A stretch of DNA of 64,000 bases from Octopus sinensis. Its lineage: Eukaryota. A program made the position numbers and the translations under genes. The stretch covers positions 66,898,001 to 66,962,000 of the forward strand of contig NC_042997.1 in NCBI RefSeq assembly GCF_006345805.1, read 5' to 3'. Positions 1-11,300 of this stretch are shown here, in pieces (the first letter of the stretch is position 1; each line of letters begins with the position of its first letter). The notes below the pieces were generated by a model. The model made no database searches. It saw nothing but the letters and a program-made list of their open reading frames with translations, and had not been told where the DNA came from.

Positions 1-739
1 TACTTCCTGGTGTTTCAAACTTGTTAACTTATTGTGCACAAGGCATGTCCACTAAATACTAGATTAAGTATTTAAAGGTATCAAATGACATTTTCTTTTC
101 TAGAAATAAATCTTTCAAAAATGATAGTGTCTATTTAATTTCGAGCTGGGTGTATGGTGAAAAAAGTTTGAGCTCAGTCCCATTACACTTGCACCTTGGG
201 CAAATATAGACCTGGGTTGACCAAAGCTTTGTCAGTGGATTTGGTAGAGAGAAACTGAAAGATGGCCAGTTTATATATGTGTATATATATACATACATGC
301 ACATATATATGTACACACACATATACGTCAGACCTGTTGGACTGTCCAAACCTTGCTAGTGAGGAAGGCATGTTAAAAAAATGATGTGTGTGTGTATATA
401 CATACAAACACGCACTAACCCTTGGTATTTATGTGTGTCTCTCTCTCTCGTGTATATATATATATTTATATATATCATCATCATTTAACATCTGCTTTCC
501 ATGTTGGATTGGGTTGGATGGTTTGACTGGGGGCTGGCAAACCAGAAGGCTGTACCAGGCTCCAAGCCAATCTGACAAAGTTTCTACAGCTGGATGCCCT
601 TACTAATGCCAACCACTTCGAGTGTGTAGTGGGCACTTTTTATATGCCACCAGCATGAGGGCCAGTCAGGTGGTACTGGCATTGACCACACTTGAATGGT
701 GCTTTTTACATGCCACCAACACGGTTTACCACAATTTAC

Positions 740-1410
740 TTCCTCCCCAAAATCCATAAACCTAACAACCCTGGCTGCTCCATCGTCTCAGCCTGCAACT
801 GCCCCACCAAACTAAAAACAATCATCTGTAAAGGGCAGATAGTTCCAGGACAGCAATTATAATTAGGTGAACACAGTCCCCAAAATTCACCTAATTATAA
901 TTGCCGTCCTGGAACCATCTGCCTGTTACAAACCCATTGCAGAAGACATAATGTAATTTACAAATGCACGGTCTTTAATCTATTACACAACTCTACAGCC
1001 ATATACATAGGCTCAACCAAAACTTTTAAGCAACGATATGCCACTCACCTCCATTCGTTAGATATGATAAACATAGTAAATCTACAACACTCGTCAACAT
1101 CATCTCAGAAATACAAATATACCCTATACTCTAACATGGTCCATACTGGACTCAGGACTTCCCTACTGAGGTTAATGCTCAACCTGAAAATTTTGCCTGA
1201 AGGAAGCACTTCACATATTAAAGCACAACTCTCCAGAACTGCTAAATAAACATAATGAGGCACTAAGCACATGCAACCACTGCTTTTTTCACACATTCAA
1301 ATTCAACCACAAATCCAAATACCTAAATGACCATACAGTACATTTCCACAATACCCCTTAAGTAATCCCAATAACCTTATAAATCTACATTCTAACTCCT
1401 AATCCCTATC
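740..1410 (+). mobile_element. Penelope-like GIY-YIG endonuclease fragment
   Basis: CNCPTK...CRRHNVIYKCTV..AIYIGSTKTFKQRYATHLHS (939 onward), then CL.EALHILKHNSPELLNKHNEALSTCNH in another frame; interrupted by a hairpin insert at about 829-922. Confidence 0.8.
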
Positions 1411-1690
1411 TAATTCCTCACTCATATTTGAATATCACATATTTGTGTGTACGTGTATCCATCCATGTGTGCATGTATATGTATGAGTGAGTATATGTGG
1501 ATATGTATGAGTGAATGTATGCGTACATGTATGTATGTGTGAATGTACGTATGTATGCAAGGTATATATACCTGTGTATACAGGGGTGATAATACATGCA
1601 GATGCACATGTGTGCATATACATACAAGTAAGAGTTGTATATGTAGATATTGATATGTATAAACATCTGTATAAATAAATATATATATAT

Positions 1691-1698
1691 ATGTCTAA

Positions 1699-1741
<43 letters not shown>

Positions 1742-2052
1742 TTCAGCTTCGCCTTGTATTGCATATTATTTCTCCATACAGGGGTTTTTTCAATGGCGGC
1801 CCATTTTCGCGGGGTTCCACTATTTCCCTTCTCTCTCTCCCTCTTTTACGTTGTCTGCCATCCCCCCTCTTCCTTTGCTAAGAGCATTTAAGCCAGCCCG
1901 TCATATTCCCGTGTCAGGCCGAAGAACGAAATGTTCCCAAGATAAGAGAGTCTTTCTAATCTAATGTTGTGGTTGAGCTGTTTATTATTTATTATTATTA
2001 CTATTATTAGTAGTATTAGTATTGTCCCTTTGATCCTCGGTCGAAAATTTGC

Positions 2053-2104
<52 letters not shown>

Positions 2105-2398
2105 TTTCAGCTTCGCCTTGTATTGCATATTATTTCTCCATACAGGGGTTTTTCAATGGCGGCCCATTTTCGCGGGGTTCCACTATTTCCCTTCTCTCTC
2201 TCCTCTTTTACGTTGTCTGCCATCCCCCCTCTTCCTTTGCTAAGAGCATTTTTAAGCCAGCCCGTCATATTCCCGGTGCACCCGCCCTTGCCCACCCCCA
2301 CCACCAATACCGGATATCTCTATATCTTCAATACGCTATTTGACCATGCATTACCCCTCTCTTGATATCCTACGTTCTACTTGCCTAGAACCTGTCAT
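1691..2398 (-). repeat. Two head-to-tail 3' ends of an unassigned retroposon, each ending in (TAA)n
   Basis: About 170 bp shared between 1738-1909 and 2101-2275, each directly adjacent to an (ATT)n array on the + strand. Confidence 0.6.
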
Positions 2399-2455
2399 CA
2401 TTTCTCTGAACCACCCCTCCCCACTGGTGCTCCCCTATATTTCTCCCCCCCCCCC

Positions 2456-2693
2456 CACATAAAAAGCACCATCCGAACGTGGCCGATGCCAGACCCCTCT
2501 GGCACCTGTGCAGGTGGCACGTAAAAAACACCCACTACACTCGCGGAGTGGTTGGCGTTAGGAAGGGCATCCAGCTGTAGAAACACTGCCAGACTAGACT
2601 GGAGCCTGGGGCAGTCCCGAGCTCCCCAGACCCCGGTCGAAACCGTCCAACCCGTGCTAGCGCGGAAAACGGACGTTAAATGATGATGATGAT
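2456..2693 (+). mobile_element. RTE 3' tail insertion
   Basis: ggtggcacgtaaaa..gtggttggcgttaggaagggcatccagctgtagaaac..(gat)n. Related copies at about 474-722(-), 3704-3960(-), 11545-11710(+), 29609-29802(+), 51630-52098(-) and 56279-56700(-). Confidence 0.88.
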
Positions 2694-3396
2694 ATACATA
2701 TGTATACATCTTCACATATATTTTCTTATATTACTAAGCATTAACCTGCCAAACCATCTAAATTCCTAAATTCTTCTTTCATTACTACTTACCCTCTCTC
2801 TGTCCCACCACTTAGACTCTACCACTTCACATTTGTCACTCCTTTACCTTTTATCACCCACCCCCATTCCTTCTATCTTTTTACACTCTAATACCTTTCT
2901 CTCTCTATCACCCTTTATCTCCTCACTCCTACTTTCAAATTATCTCCACTGACCACTGGTACACTTTCCCTTATCTACATCTTTGTTTTTCTTTTTTCTT
3001 TCTTTCCTTTATTCCTCTTCCTATTTTTTATATTTTTTAATTTTATTTTTATTACTTTTCTTCTTACTTTTTTCTCTCTTTTTTTCTCTTCTTTTTCTCT
3101 TTCTTTATTCCTCTCTTCCTGAGCCTACTAATACACTCCCTATTTTTAGGTCACTTTAAAATAAAACCCTTGATTCAATAACACTGTATAAACTCTCTAC
3201 TTGGAATGGCCAATTTTAAATACTATTGGATTTTACTCATAAGGTATTGGAATCTTATAGTATACCATTCTGCCTAAAAAATGGATCTACAAATACATTA
3301 TTCCTACATATCTCACATCTATTTTCTTTCCTCCACCTCAATCTCTATTTTGTATCTTTTCTAAATTAATTATTACTTAACCATCCTCTCACACCA

Positions 3397-3442
3397 TCTC
3401 CGATGAAGGGATATAATAAATATCCTGGAAACAGCTGTAAGA
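3397..3442 (+). ncRNA. Minimal type-I hammerhead-ribozyme-like motif (PLE-associated), non-canonical core
   Basis: tct CCGATGA a gggatat-aataa-atatcct g GAAAC agct GTA aga: helix II is 7 bp, helix III is the palindrome ACAGCTGT, helix I is tct/aga. The core has C at the U4 position. Confidence 0.5.
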
Positions 3443-3617
3443 CCTTCTATTTATAAATGTTCTAAAATCTACACAGCCTTGGTTTTTTTATCTCATTATG
3501 AAAAAATTTATTACATACATACGCTGACATATGACCAACGTTGAACTCCTTATTTGCATAATCACCGAACCTGGAACTTAACCTTTGGGTATCAATGACA
3601 CCATTACCTCTCATAAC

Positions 3618-3672
<55 letters not shown>

Positions 3673-5972
3673 TTTATATATATTTATACTCTGTGTGTGT
3701 GTATAATCATCATCATCATTATCGTTTAATGGCCATTTTCCATTCTGGCATAGGTTGGACAGTTTGAATGAGCTGGCAAGCCAGAGGACTGCACCAACCT
3801 TTACTGTTTGTTTTGGTATGGTTTTTATAGCTGGATGCCTTTCCTAACGCCAACTGCTTTACAGAGTGGACTAAATGCCTTTTACGTGGTATTGGTACCA
3901 ATGGGATCTCACAAGTAACTCGCAAGACAAATATCCTTTGTGAGGAAGTGGCTTTGTGCCAGGTACTCAATATAAAAAACACATAGTAGTGCTCAAATGG
4001 TTTGAACTTACACTCTACAGCTATTTTGCTGATCTTTCCACCCTGATGAAGTAGGATGGTTTTACTGTAATGTTTATATGCATCCTTGACTGGTTGTATA
4101 TCTTTGACTTTTTGCACACTATATCTGCTGCTTATGAACATTATAACTATTACATAATTCCGAGTCCCCAGAAACAGCTGTTAGACTTGAAATACCATAC
4201 TTTCTCTTAGTTTTCTGTATTTTTTGTATCCATGTAAGTTTATTTTGTAAATATATAAATAGCTATATGCTTATACATGACTGTTCATCTTCTGAATATT
4301 TTCAGTTTTTGCTTCATTCTCTATATATATTTACATGTGTATATGTATGTATATTTTATATCTCAAGCCCAAACATGGTTATATGCTTCACTCTCTCTCT
4401 CTCTCATACACACACACACATTTTCCCCCCCTATCTACTGTAATAATGGTCCTCAAATAGTGGTAGTTAAAAAAAAATTTAATTAAAAGAAAAATACTGG
4501 GTCCATTGGACCCAGTTGGTAATTAGTGATGTACATTTTCTCTGATAGATCAAGGGTTAAAGGTGTTCCACTTACTGCTATGTTGGTGGTCTTTTCTGAT
4601 TACTAAAATATTTCCCTAGTGATTAATTTATCACTCATCTTAGGTAAGGGATGTCAGGATAAGAGCTAGACTGATTCACTGTCATTAGATAATTTGAAAG
4701 ATAGGATGGAAGCTGAAAGAATCTTTGTTATATGTACGTTCAAAGAAATACTATGCAATGGTTATGACAAAAAGAAGATAAAGACTTACAACATAAAGGA
4801 CAATTGATAGTTTCTTGAGGACAGCATGCTGCAAGCCACAAACCAGATCTTAGAAAGAAGGGAAGGTAGAGGAGAGTGAGGAACAATATTAGGTTGTTAG
4901 ATGGAAAAACAGACATCAGGTATACTTAGCAAGGAGAGAAGCTGAAAGAGAGTTGCCAGTGTTTTCGCTAGAGGGTTGTGAGGTGTTCCAAATTGCAAAG
5001 CTGTGTGTCGGTATGAATCAGATGATCATTAATGAAAAGTTTGTAACAAATGATAGCAGTGCACTCATGTGAACTGATGCCAAGAAGAAAAAGATATGGA
5101 AATGATTTAATTGGAGGCTGTTGAATGAAGAGAATGCATGGGAGAGCCAAGCTAACCCAAGTCAACCCAATAGAGGAAGTAGCTAAAGATACATATATAT
5201 CTGTTAATACTGCTTTCTACTTCTTCTAATGAAACAAAATGACATTTTATCTCATTGAGTGTTGGACCATTAAAACAGATCTAATAATTTGTTTTCAAAC
5301 TTTTCTGTCAAATTGTTAAGGAATTTTATATTAGAGATACTAACACTTAATTTTGTCAAAGCTTGACAGATGGAAAGTTGAATCAGGTTCAGAACTTCAC
5401 TCTACTCTCTTAGCTGCCTCCACAACCTGAAAATAACTTTAAATTGACTACAGAAACATTCTACACATGTCAGGATATTTATTTTCTTGAGATGCACCTT
5501 CCTGTAACTTCAGGGTATACTCTGCCACATCTTCACCACCATCGTCTTTCTATTCCAGCTGGAGTAACCACATATCTCCCCCAACAGCGAAACACCTGTT
5601 CATACTTTAATATCTCATTATTTAGTATAAAACTATCTACTTCAATTCTACTTGCCCTCCTCCTCAGTTAAGGGGTTCTTGTCTTGTTTTGTGAGCTACA
5701 TGGTAATCTTGCTAATACTGGTACCACGTAGAAAAGCACTCAGGACACTGTAGACTGGTTGGCATTAGGAAGGGCATACAGCCATAGAGATTATATGCCA
5801 AAGCAGACATTGCAATTTGGCACAATCATCTGGCTCGCTGTCTAAACCATGACAGACTGGCAAAATGGGCATTAGATGATGATGATAATGAGATAGACAG
5901 TTTGATACTAGATGAAGTTGGAAGTCAACAAGCTTATTTGTGGATATAAGTTGTTTAGTTTGATATAGAGAG

Positions 5973-6313
5973 AATACCAAACGAGTTCCCTATGGATACC
6001 GTATTTATTACAACGAGTGGCTTGTAAACGTATCTAACGAGCGAAAGCGAGTTAGATATGTTTGCAAGCCACAAGTTGTAATAAATACGGTATCCATAGG
6101 GAATGGGTTTGGTATTTTATTTATTACACACGAATAAATGACCATATTTTATTAACCCAGTAACTAAATTCTTCACGTTTAGTTGTAACTTATGAATGAC
6201 AAAAGTAATGCTGTCACCGTGACCTCGGGTCATCTCCATGAATTGACCAATCAGAAGCAGCGCTGTCACCGTGACCTCAGGTCATCACCATGGATTGACC
6301 AATCAGAAGCAGC
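5973..6313. mobile_element. Crypton/Eulor-like non-autonomous element: 144-nt bulged palindrome + 2 x 52-bp repeat with TTGACCAATCAG
   Basis: Hairpin 5973-6116 includes a perfect 29-bp stem. Tandem repeat units start at 6210 and 6262. The family assignment rests on recalled architecture, not a search. Confidence 0.55.
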
Positions 6314-6396
6314 GCTTGCAGTATCTGACATATGTTAGATACCAAAAATATCTCAAAGTGTTCTCACTCACATGTGTGTAATAATTCAAAGCATTA

Positions 6397-6603
6397 GGGC
6401 AGTGACCTGGCAGAATCATTAGCAGACCAGGCAAAATGCTTAACAGCATTTTGTCTGTCTTTACATTCTGAGTTCAAATTCTGCCAAATTCAAATTTGCC
6501 TTTTGGGGTTGATAAAATAAGTACCACTTGAGTATTGGGGTTGATGTAATTGACTTATTCCCTCCCCCAAACTTACTGGCCTTGTACCAAAATTTGAAAC
6601 TAA
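6397..6603 (+). mobile_element. tRNA-derived SINE family A (Meta-domain-like core)
   Basis: ggcagtga.ctggcagaatc..gagttcaaattc (box B-like)..gataaaataagtacca..aaatttgaaac. Further copies at 12385-12596(-), 17131-17333(+), 17966-18160(+), 32980-33088(+), 34348-34562(+) and 58072-58160(+). Confidence 0.82.
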
Positions 6604-7501
6604 TATTTCAAAGCATTGAATAAATGCAAAATCTTACTTCACATAAAGCAAATATTTTGTGCAGGTTATTCAGTAACTTTTTTCTCCTTCTTCCTTATTC
6701 AAAAGTGGTTGTTGCCATTGCAATAGATGAGCTATCACACACATCTGTGACAATGAAAAACTGCCACTTCCATAGTTCCTTTGCTCTTGAGAGCATATGG
6801 TTGGTGTATAATAGGCAAAAGCAATCACATCTTTCCAGTCACTCACATGGCTGTGTTTTATCCTTTTATCCTTTCCTCCTGAGTGCTCATGTATTGTTAT
6901 CAACGAGAGTCCTTCATCATATGAGTGGGAGTGGGTGTGTGCGTGTCTCTATTTACTAGTGTGTTCCTTTATGTTAGGAAAAACATGGATTTAACTATTT
7001 GATAGAGATCAGTAAAACATACCACCAGTATGCTGTAGTCCACTGTCTGCAACTAGTAAAAAAATGTATAAAATGTTTTGGAATTATAAATCTCTTGAGA
7101 TCAATTGGTAGAGAGAAAGGATGTTGGAATGTTGAGATACTGTGCTTAACTGTTATTTCATTATGTCTATCCTTTACTAATCTGATTTCTTTGTAACTCA
7201 AATTATATAATTTGCATGCAATAGCTAAAGAAATTCATATTTTTTTTTTTACTTAGACTATCAATCTGTGAAGTTTGTGAATTTCTATATGTTTGTATAC
7301 CATGGGGAGAAGAGGAACCTGACATCACAAAACTTCCTTTTGTGTGTGTGAGATACTGACTTGGATTGAATTAACTTTTGAAATTGTCTTTTCTTATCTG
7401 TCATTTCTTTGAGAACATCATGCAGTGTGTGTTGAAATGTTTTCTGTTGTCTTGTGTGATTGCTGGAACTTTTATATTACTCCACCATTTTGTGTAATAT
7501 A

Positions 7502-8355
7502 CAGGGTGTTTGGGCTAAATTTGACAGTTTGCATAAATGGAAAAGAAAATACAATATCCCATCCAGAAATAAAAGTATTTAACAAATTAAAAAATATCAT
7601 CTAAATTATGGCTGGGTGATAACAGTTTACTCACAGTAGCTGCCTTCACCTTACACCACAGCCACATGATGGCTCCAGAATCACGCATGCATTCCTCACT
7701 GTCTCACTGGGAAGATCTTCAAACACTTTGATTTTAGCCACTAGCTTCGCCTTGGTATTGCAGACAGAGCAATTGGTGTTATTCTCAATCGTACCCCACC
7801 CAGGATAACTATCAGGGGAATCTGGAGGCCAGAAATTGGGGCTGGTGAAGTCATAGAGATTCTCAGACATCTACTTCTGACTGTTTCCAGAGGTATGGCA
7901 ATGAGCCGAATCCTGCAGCCTCACAATTGGCCTTCCAGCATCAACCGTCTCCAGACATAGCTGTCTAAATTGAGTCTAATGCTCTGTTCTGTGTTCTGGG
8001 AATGAATTTTGGCATGTGGACATAATCAGAACACTTATTGTGTTCTTTCTTGCTGGTGATGGTTTCATAGTATCCATTGCAGCTGTCCAAGTTACATCTT
8101 AGAGCCTGTGTAGTGTTCACAGAGCACTGAACAGCTGTCATGATGTCAGCATTTTGATTGCTAGCATGAATCATCATGACATAGATCACTCTTTTCCTAT
8201 ATTCAGTTGACTTTCAGCCATCCATGTCAGTTAACGTTTTCTCAATTATGACTCTGATCTTTACTTCTCCAATGTCATTGACTGTTCACCAATACATTGA
8301 GCTGTTCCTGAAAAGAGAAACATTAAAAATCATCAAATTTAGCCTGAACACTGTG
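7502..8355 (-). mobile_element. Internally deleted Tc1/mariner-superfamily element (possibly maT/DD37D-like) with TIRs
   Basis: TIRs cagggtgtttgggctaaatttga and cacagtgttcaggctaaatttga, both flanked by TA. Carries a C-terminal remnant (NFWPPDSPD..WG.IE..TN) and an N-terminal remnant (KKEHNKCSDYVHMPKFI). Confidence 0.75.
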
Positions 8356-11300
8356 TATTTACTATAGATTTTCAACTAATACTCTTGTTTACTAATTAGT
8401 CAAAGGTATTTGTAGAACTTTCTTGCCTATTTCTTGTGAAAGTTTTCTTTAGGAAATGAGGTGTGAACTTCATACTGAGATAGACAAATAATATTATCAT
8501 TTGTTTCATTCACAGCAATACACTTATTTGTTTGAATGTCTAATAAACACTTTAATATGCAGTACAATAAATGATGAACATGGATGGAATAAATATGGCT
8601 ATTACAGAGATTGGCTTGATTGTCCTTCTGGATACCTGTAGTCAACTCTAATTTGTACTATTATTGCCAAGCTGGTCAGTATATTCTATTTGTAATGCAT
8701 ATATATAAATTTAAAAGCTTTGGAGCAAACTTATTTCATTACTTAGTTTGCTTGTTAATATTCATTAGAAAAAATCAATTTAAGTCTATATGCACATGGA
8801 ATTAGGGTTGAACTATCTTATTTTAATTTACTAACTCTCATATTAATTATCTTTCATTGTAATTTATTCTATTTATTTATTGCTTCTAAAACTTGCTGTA
8901 TAAAATATTTCCATACTATAACCATTGTAACACCAAAACCAACACAGGCATTCACATACAGGAAGTATCTATATTTGCTTATAGCTGTTTTTGGATTTGG
9001 TTCTGACTTGATGTTAATATTCATAAGCTGGTTTTCACATATTTGCAACTAAAAATATTTGCAACTAAAAATTTGCAACTAAAAATTTTTAAAATTAAAA
9101 TGAAAATGGCATCATAAAATGTAAGCTTGTTGATAACTCATGTACTTTTTACTAAAATATTTCTCATCAAACAAGTATATGAAAATAATTTTTTTTTTTC
9201 AGCATAATGTTTTAAATTGTTACTTACTGTTAATTTCTCATGGAATAGCTTGATATACTGTAGTATAAGACATGTTCAAACTTCCCCATCTGCTAAATGT
9301 AAACAGAAAATAGTACACTGACAGTCACGGCAGTTTCTCTGCATGTCTTTTGCTGAAAGATCAAGAATATAAAAATATATTTACTGTATATGAAGATAAT
9401 ATTAATTGGATTAAATATAGCTATTTCATCATCATATTCATCATTGAAACATCCACTTTTCCATGCTTGCATGAGTCGGACAGAGTTCATTGAAGCAGAT
9501 TTTCTAGGACCGAATGCTCTGTCCCCACTCCTTGCTTCTTTCCAAACAAGATAATATTTCCCTTGATATGGAATATTGAAAATGAACAACACATTTTTCC
9601 AGTCATCATGCAATGTCATGACAAGAGTGTACACACACACATGCACACACACACAGTTAACTCCCACACCCATACTTCCTATAAATATGTATGTAACTAT
9701 TTTCTTTTTCTAGTTTTCATTTACCAAATCCATTCACAACACTTTGATTGTCCTGAAGCTAAAAGAATAGTGTTGTAGAAGAGTGGGTTTATTTGAATCC
9801 TTCATGGAGTTTAGTGTAAAATTGTGGAATCATAGGTTCTGGGTGGTAATTTTGTAGGGAAAGAATAATCTGAGCTAGTTATTAGAAAAGATAAGTAACT
9901 TGAAAAATTGGAACTGTAGAGTTTCCTTGTCATGCCACTTCATTTAGGAATGGATTCTTTTGTATTCCTTTAGTTTTAAGGGAACGTGTTTGAAGATAAC
10001 TAAATGAAACGTATATTAAACTGGAGAAAAAAAATAGCAGTGTATTGACAGTATTTGTGTTAGTGTGTGTTGAGCCTATGTATGTATGTGTATAAGATCC
10101 ACAAAGATCAGAACTTATCTGCAACTCTTGGTTGTCCAAATTGGATGTGCAATCTATGTGGGTGTCTTTTCAGAACATTGTCTGGTTTAAAAAGCTACAT
10201 CAGATGGTTCTAAGGTGTAGGTACAGGAGGTGGTGAAACTCTGCATAAGGAGTAGACAACCATCATATATGTATATGTATGTATATACGTGTGTGTGTGT
10301 GTGTGTGTGTATATGCGCAAGTTATCATGTTGGTGAATAGTTCATCTTCTAGGTTTTACCTTACCTTTTTATACATGTTTAAAAATTTTACTTGAGGCTG
10401 GTGGATTTATGCTATGATGTAATCTGTAAATGCATCCATAAAATGAAACCTAAACAGCTGTAGTATATTTTAAATGCCATTTGTGTTCTTTTTTTGGTAT
10501 ATATATTTATAGGTGCTTATATAATAAAAGATATCTGTTTACCCACAATAAAAAAAAATCTAGTTGAGATTATATTACTGATCTCTATCAAGTTATTAGG
10601 TCTCATTGGAGAGAGCAGTCATCATCAACAATGGAAATGTCAAGTGGTACTCTATTGAGATTCCATTCTGTATAGTGAATATTTGTGATCTGAAGATAAG
10701 AAATATTGTGAGTTGAATGACTTGAATATATATAGGAGTTTCAGGAGTACTGAATAAGGTGGAGGAAAAATATGCATCTAAAATATTTTTATAATACAAT
10801 TTTTACCTTTACCATTCCAACTTTATATGTTAACCATAGTTTGTGGTGAACACTGTAATAATCAATAATCCAGTGTAAATATATTTAGTTTGGTAATGTG
10901 TTTGAGGAGTTCATATATATCATCACCATTTAATGTTCCTCTTTCCATGCTGGCATGGGTTGGACATTTTGACAGGAACCAATGAGCCTGAGGGCTATGC
11001 TGAGCTCCAATATCTTCTTTGACATAGTTTCTATGATCATTTTAACCTTAGGATTGTATCTTTTTTTCCTTTTCTCCTAGTATTTAAGGTGTTTTCTTTC
11101 ACAACCAAGAAGCCCATGGTTTGATTTTACTGCATGATATCTTGAGGAATGAATGTCCTGTAAATGAAATTAAGAGGATGGAAACCGGAATCTTGTTGGG
11201 TGGGTTGTACCTGTAATTCAAAGGTCCAGCCTTGTTACATTATGTTACATAGATTTTGGCTGAGAATTGCATCAACTCTAGCATTACTCTGCCAAATGTA

